Positions 1 through 64,000 of a DNA stretch of 64,000 nt are shown here, in pieces. Source of the DNA: Octopus sinensis (lineage: Eukaryota). Position numbers and translations under genes: made by a program. The DNA lies in NCBI RefSeq assembly GCF_006345805.1, contig NC_043014.1, forward strand, positions 3,472,001 to 3,536,000, in the 5' to 3' direction. Every line of letters starts with the position of its first letter. Within the stretch, counting starts at the first letter, position 1. The notes below the pieces were generated by a model. That model did not search any database, had not been told where the DNA came from, and worked only from the letters and a program-made list of their open reading frames with translations.

Positions 1-305
1 CCTCTCGGGGTCGATAAATAAAGTACCAGTTGTGCACTGGGGTCGATTTAATCGACTTAATCCGTTTGTCTGTCCTTGTTTGTCCCCTCTGTGTTTAGCC
101 CCTTGTGGGTAGTAAAGAAATAGGTATTTTGTCTGCCGTTACATTCTGAGTTCAAATTCCGCCGAGGTCGACTTTGCCTTTCATCCTCTCGGGGTCGATA
201 AATAAAGTACCATTTATGCACTGGGGTCGATGTAATTGACTTAATCCGTTTGTCTGTCCTTGTTTGTCCCCTCTATGTTTAGCCCCTTGTGGGTAGTAAA
301 GAAAT
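1..305 (+). mobile_element. Two tandem 3' portions of octopus tRNA-derived SINE family A
   Basis: Repeated ggggtcgataaataaagtaccag...ccccttgtgggtagtaaagaaata tail, matching full copies elsewhere in the window. Confidence 0.8.
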
Positions 306-450
306 ATATAATAATTTACACTGTGAAAGTAAATGGTTTTAGCGAATAAACTAAAAAGATTTGGACAACAAAGAAAATACTGCTAACCATTTGCTGCTCT
401 TTCTCTGCCCTTAAGAACACGAAAATTGTGCTAAGGATTTTTGCATTTAC

Positions 451-63816
<63,366 letters not shown>

Positions 63817-64000
63817 CTGCGAAAAGAAGAAAAAGGAATAACAAATCAGCATCAGCATCATCATCATCATCATCGTTTAACATCCGTTTTCTGTGCTAGC
63901 ACGGGTTGGACGGTAATTCTTAATTACTTAATTTCTTAAACAGGTGCAGGAATGCATGCAGTTATTGGCCTGAATAGAAATCAAAAGATATGAAGTTGTT

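Overview
Intron-rich animal DNA, almost certainly an octopus genome (inferred from its SINE families and microsatellite load). The whole window is the interior of one very large minus-strand gene. I resolved 40 canonical AG/GT exons, all phase 1-1 and all multiples of 3 nt. Spliced in order they give one open frame of 5529 nt (~1843 aa), with no start or stop in the window. N- to C-terminal order: 25 Notch-like EGF exons (24 x 111 bp, 1 x 114 bp; 63816->26778), a two-exon atypical C-type lectin domain (26144->24759), one 8-Cys laminin/MEGF-type EGF exon (23577->23431), and 12 tandem exons each encoding a Pro/Arg/Thr spacer plus a laminin/MEGF-type EGF module (16006->451). Several of those 12 arose by very recent exon+intron tandem duplication. 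Introns hold tRNA-derived SINEs, RTE-tail elements, R4/Dong-like and RTE LINE ends, Helitrons, MITEs, a maT transposase relic and mini/microsatellites. The most striking non-coding signals are two type I hammerhead ribozyme folds: an apparently intact one in the sense orientation of the host pre-mRNA (24315-24397, minus) and a near-intact antisense one (3566-3612). Most entries in the supplied ORF track are microsatellite or repeat artefacts. All folds and alignments were done by eye.
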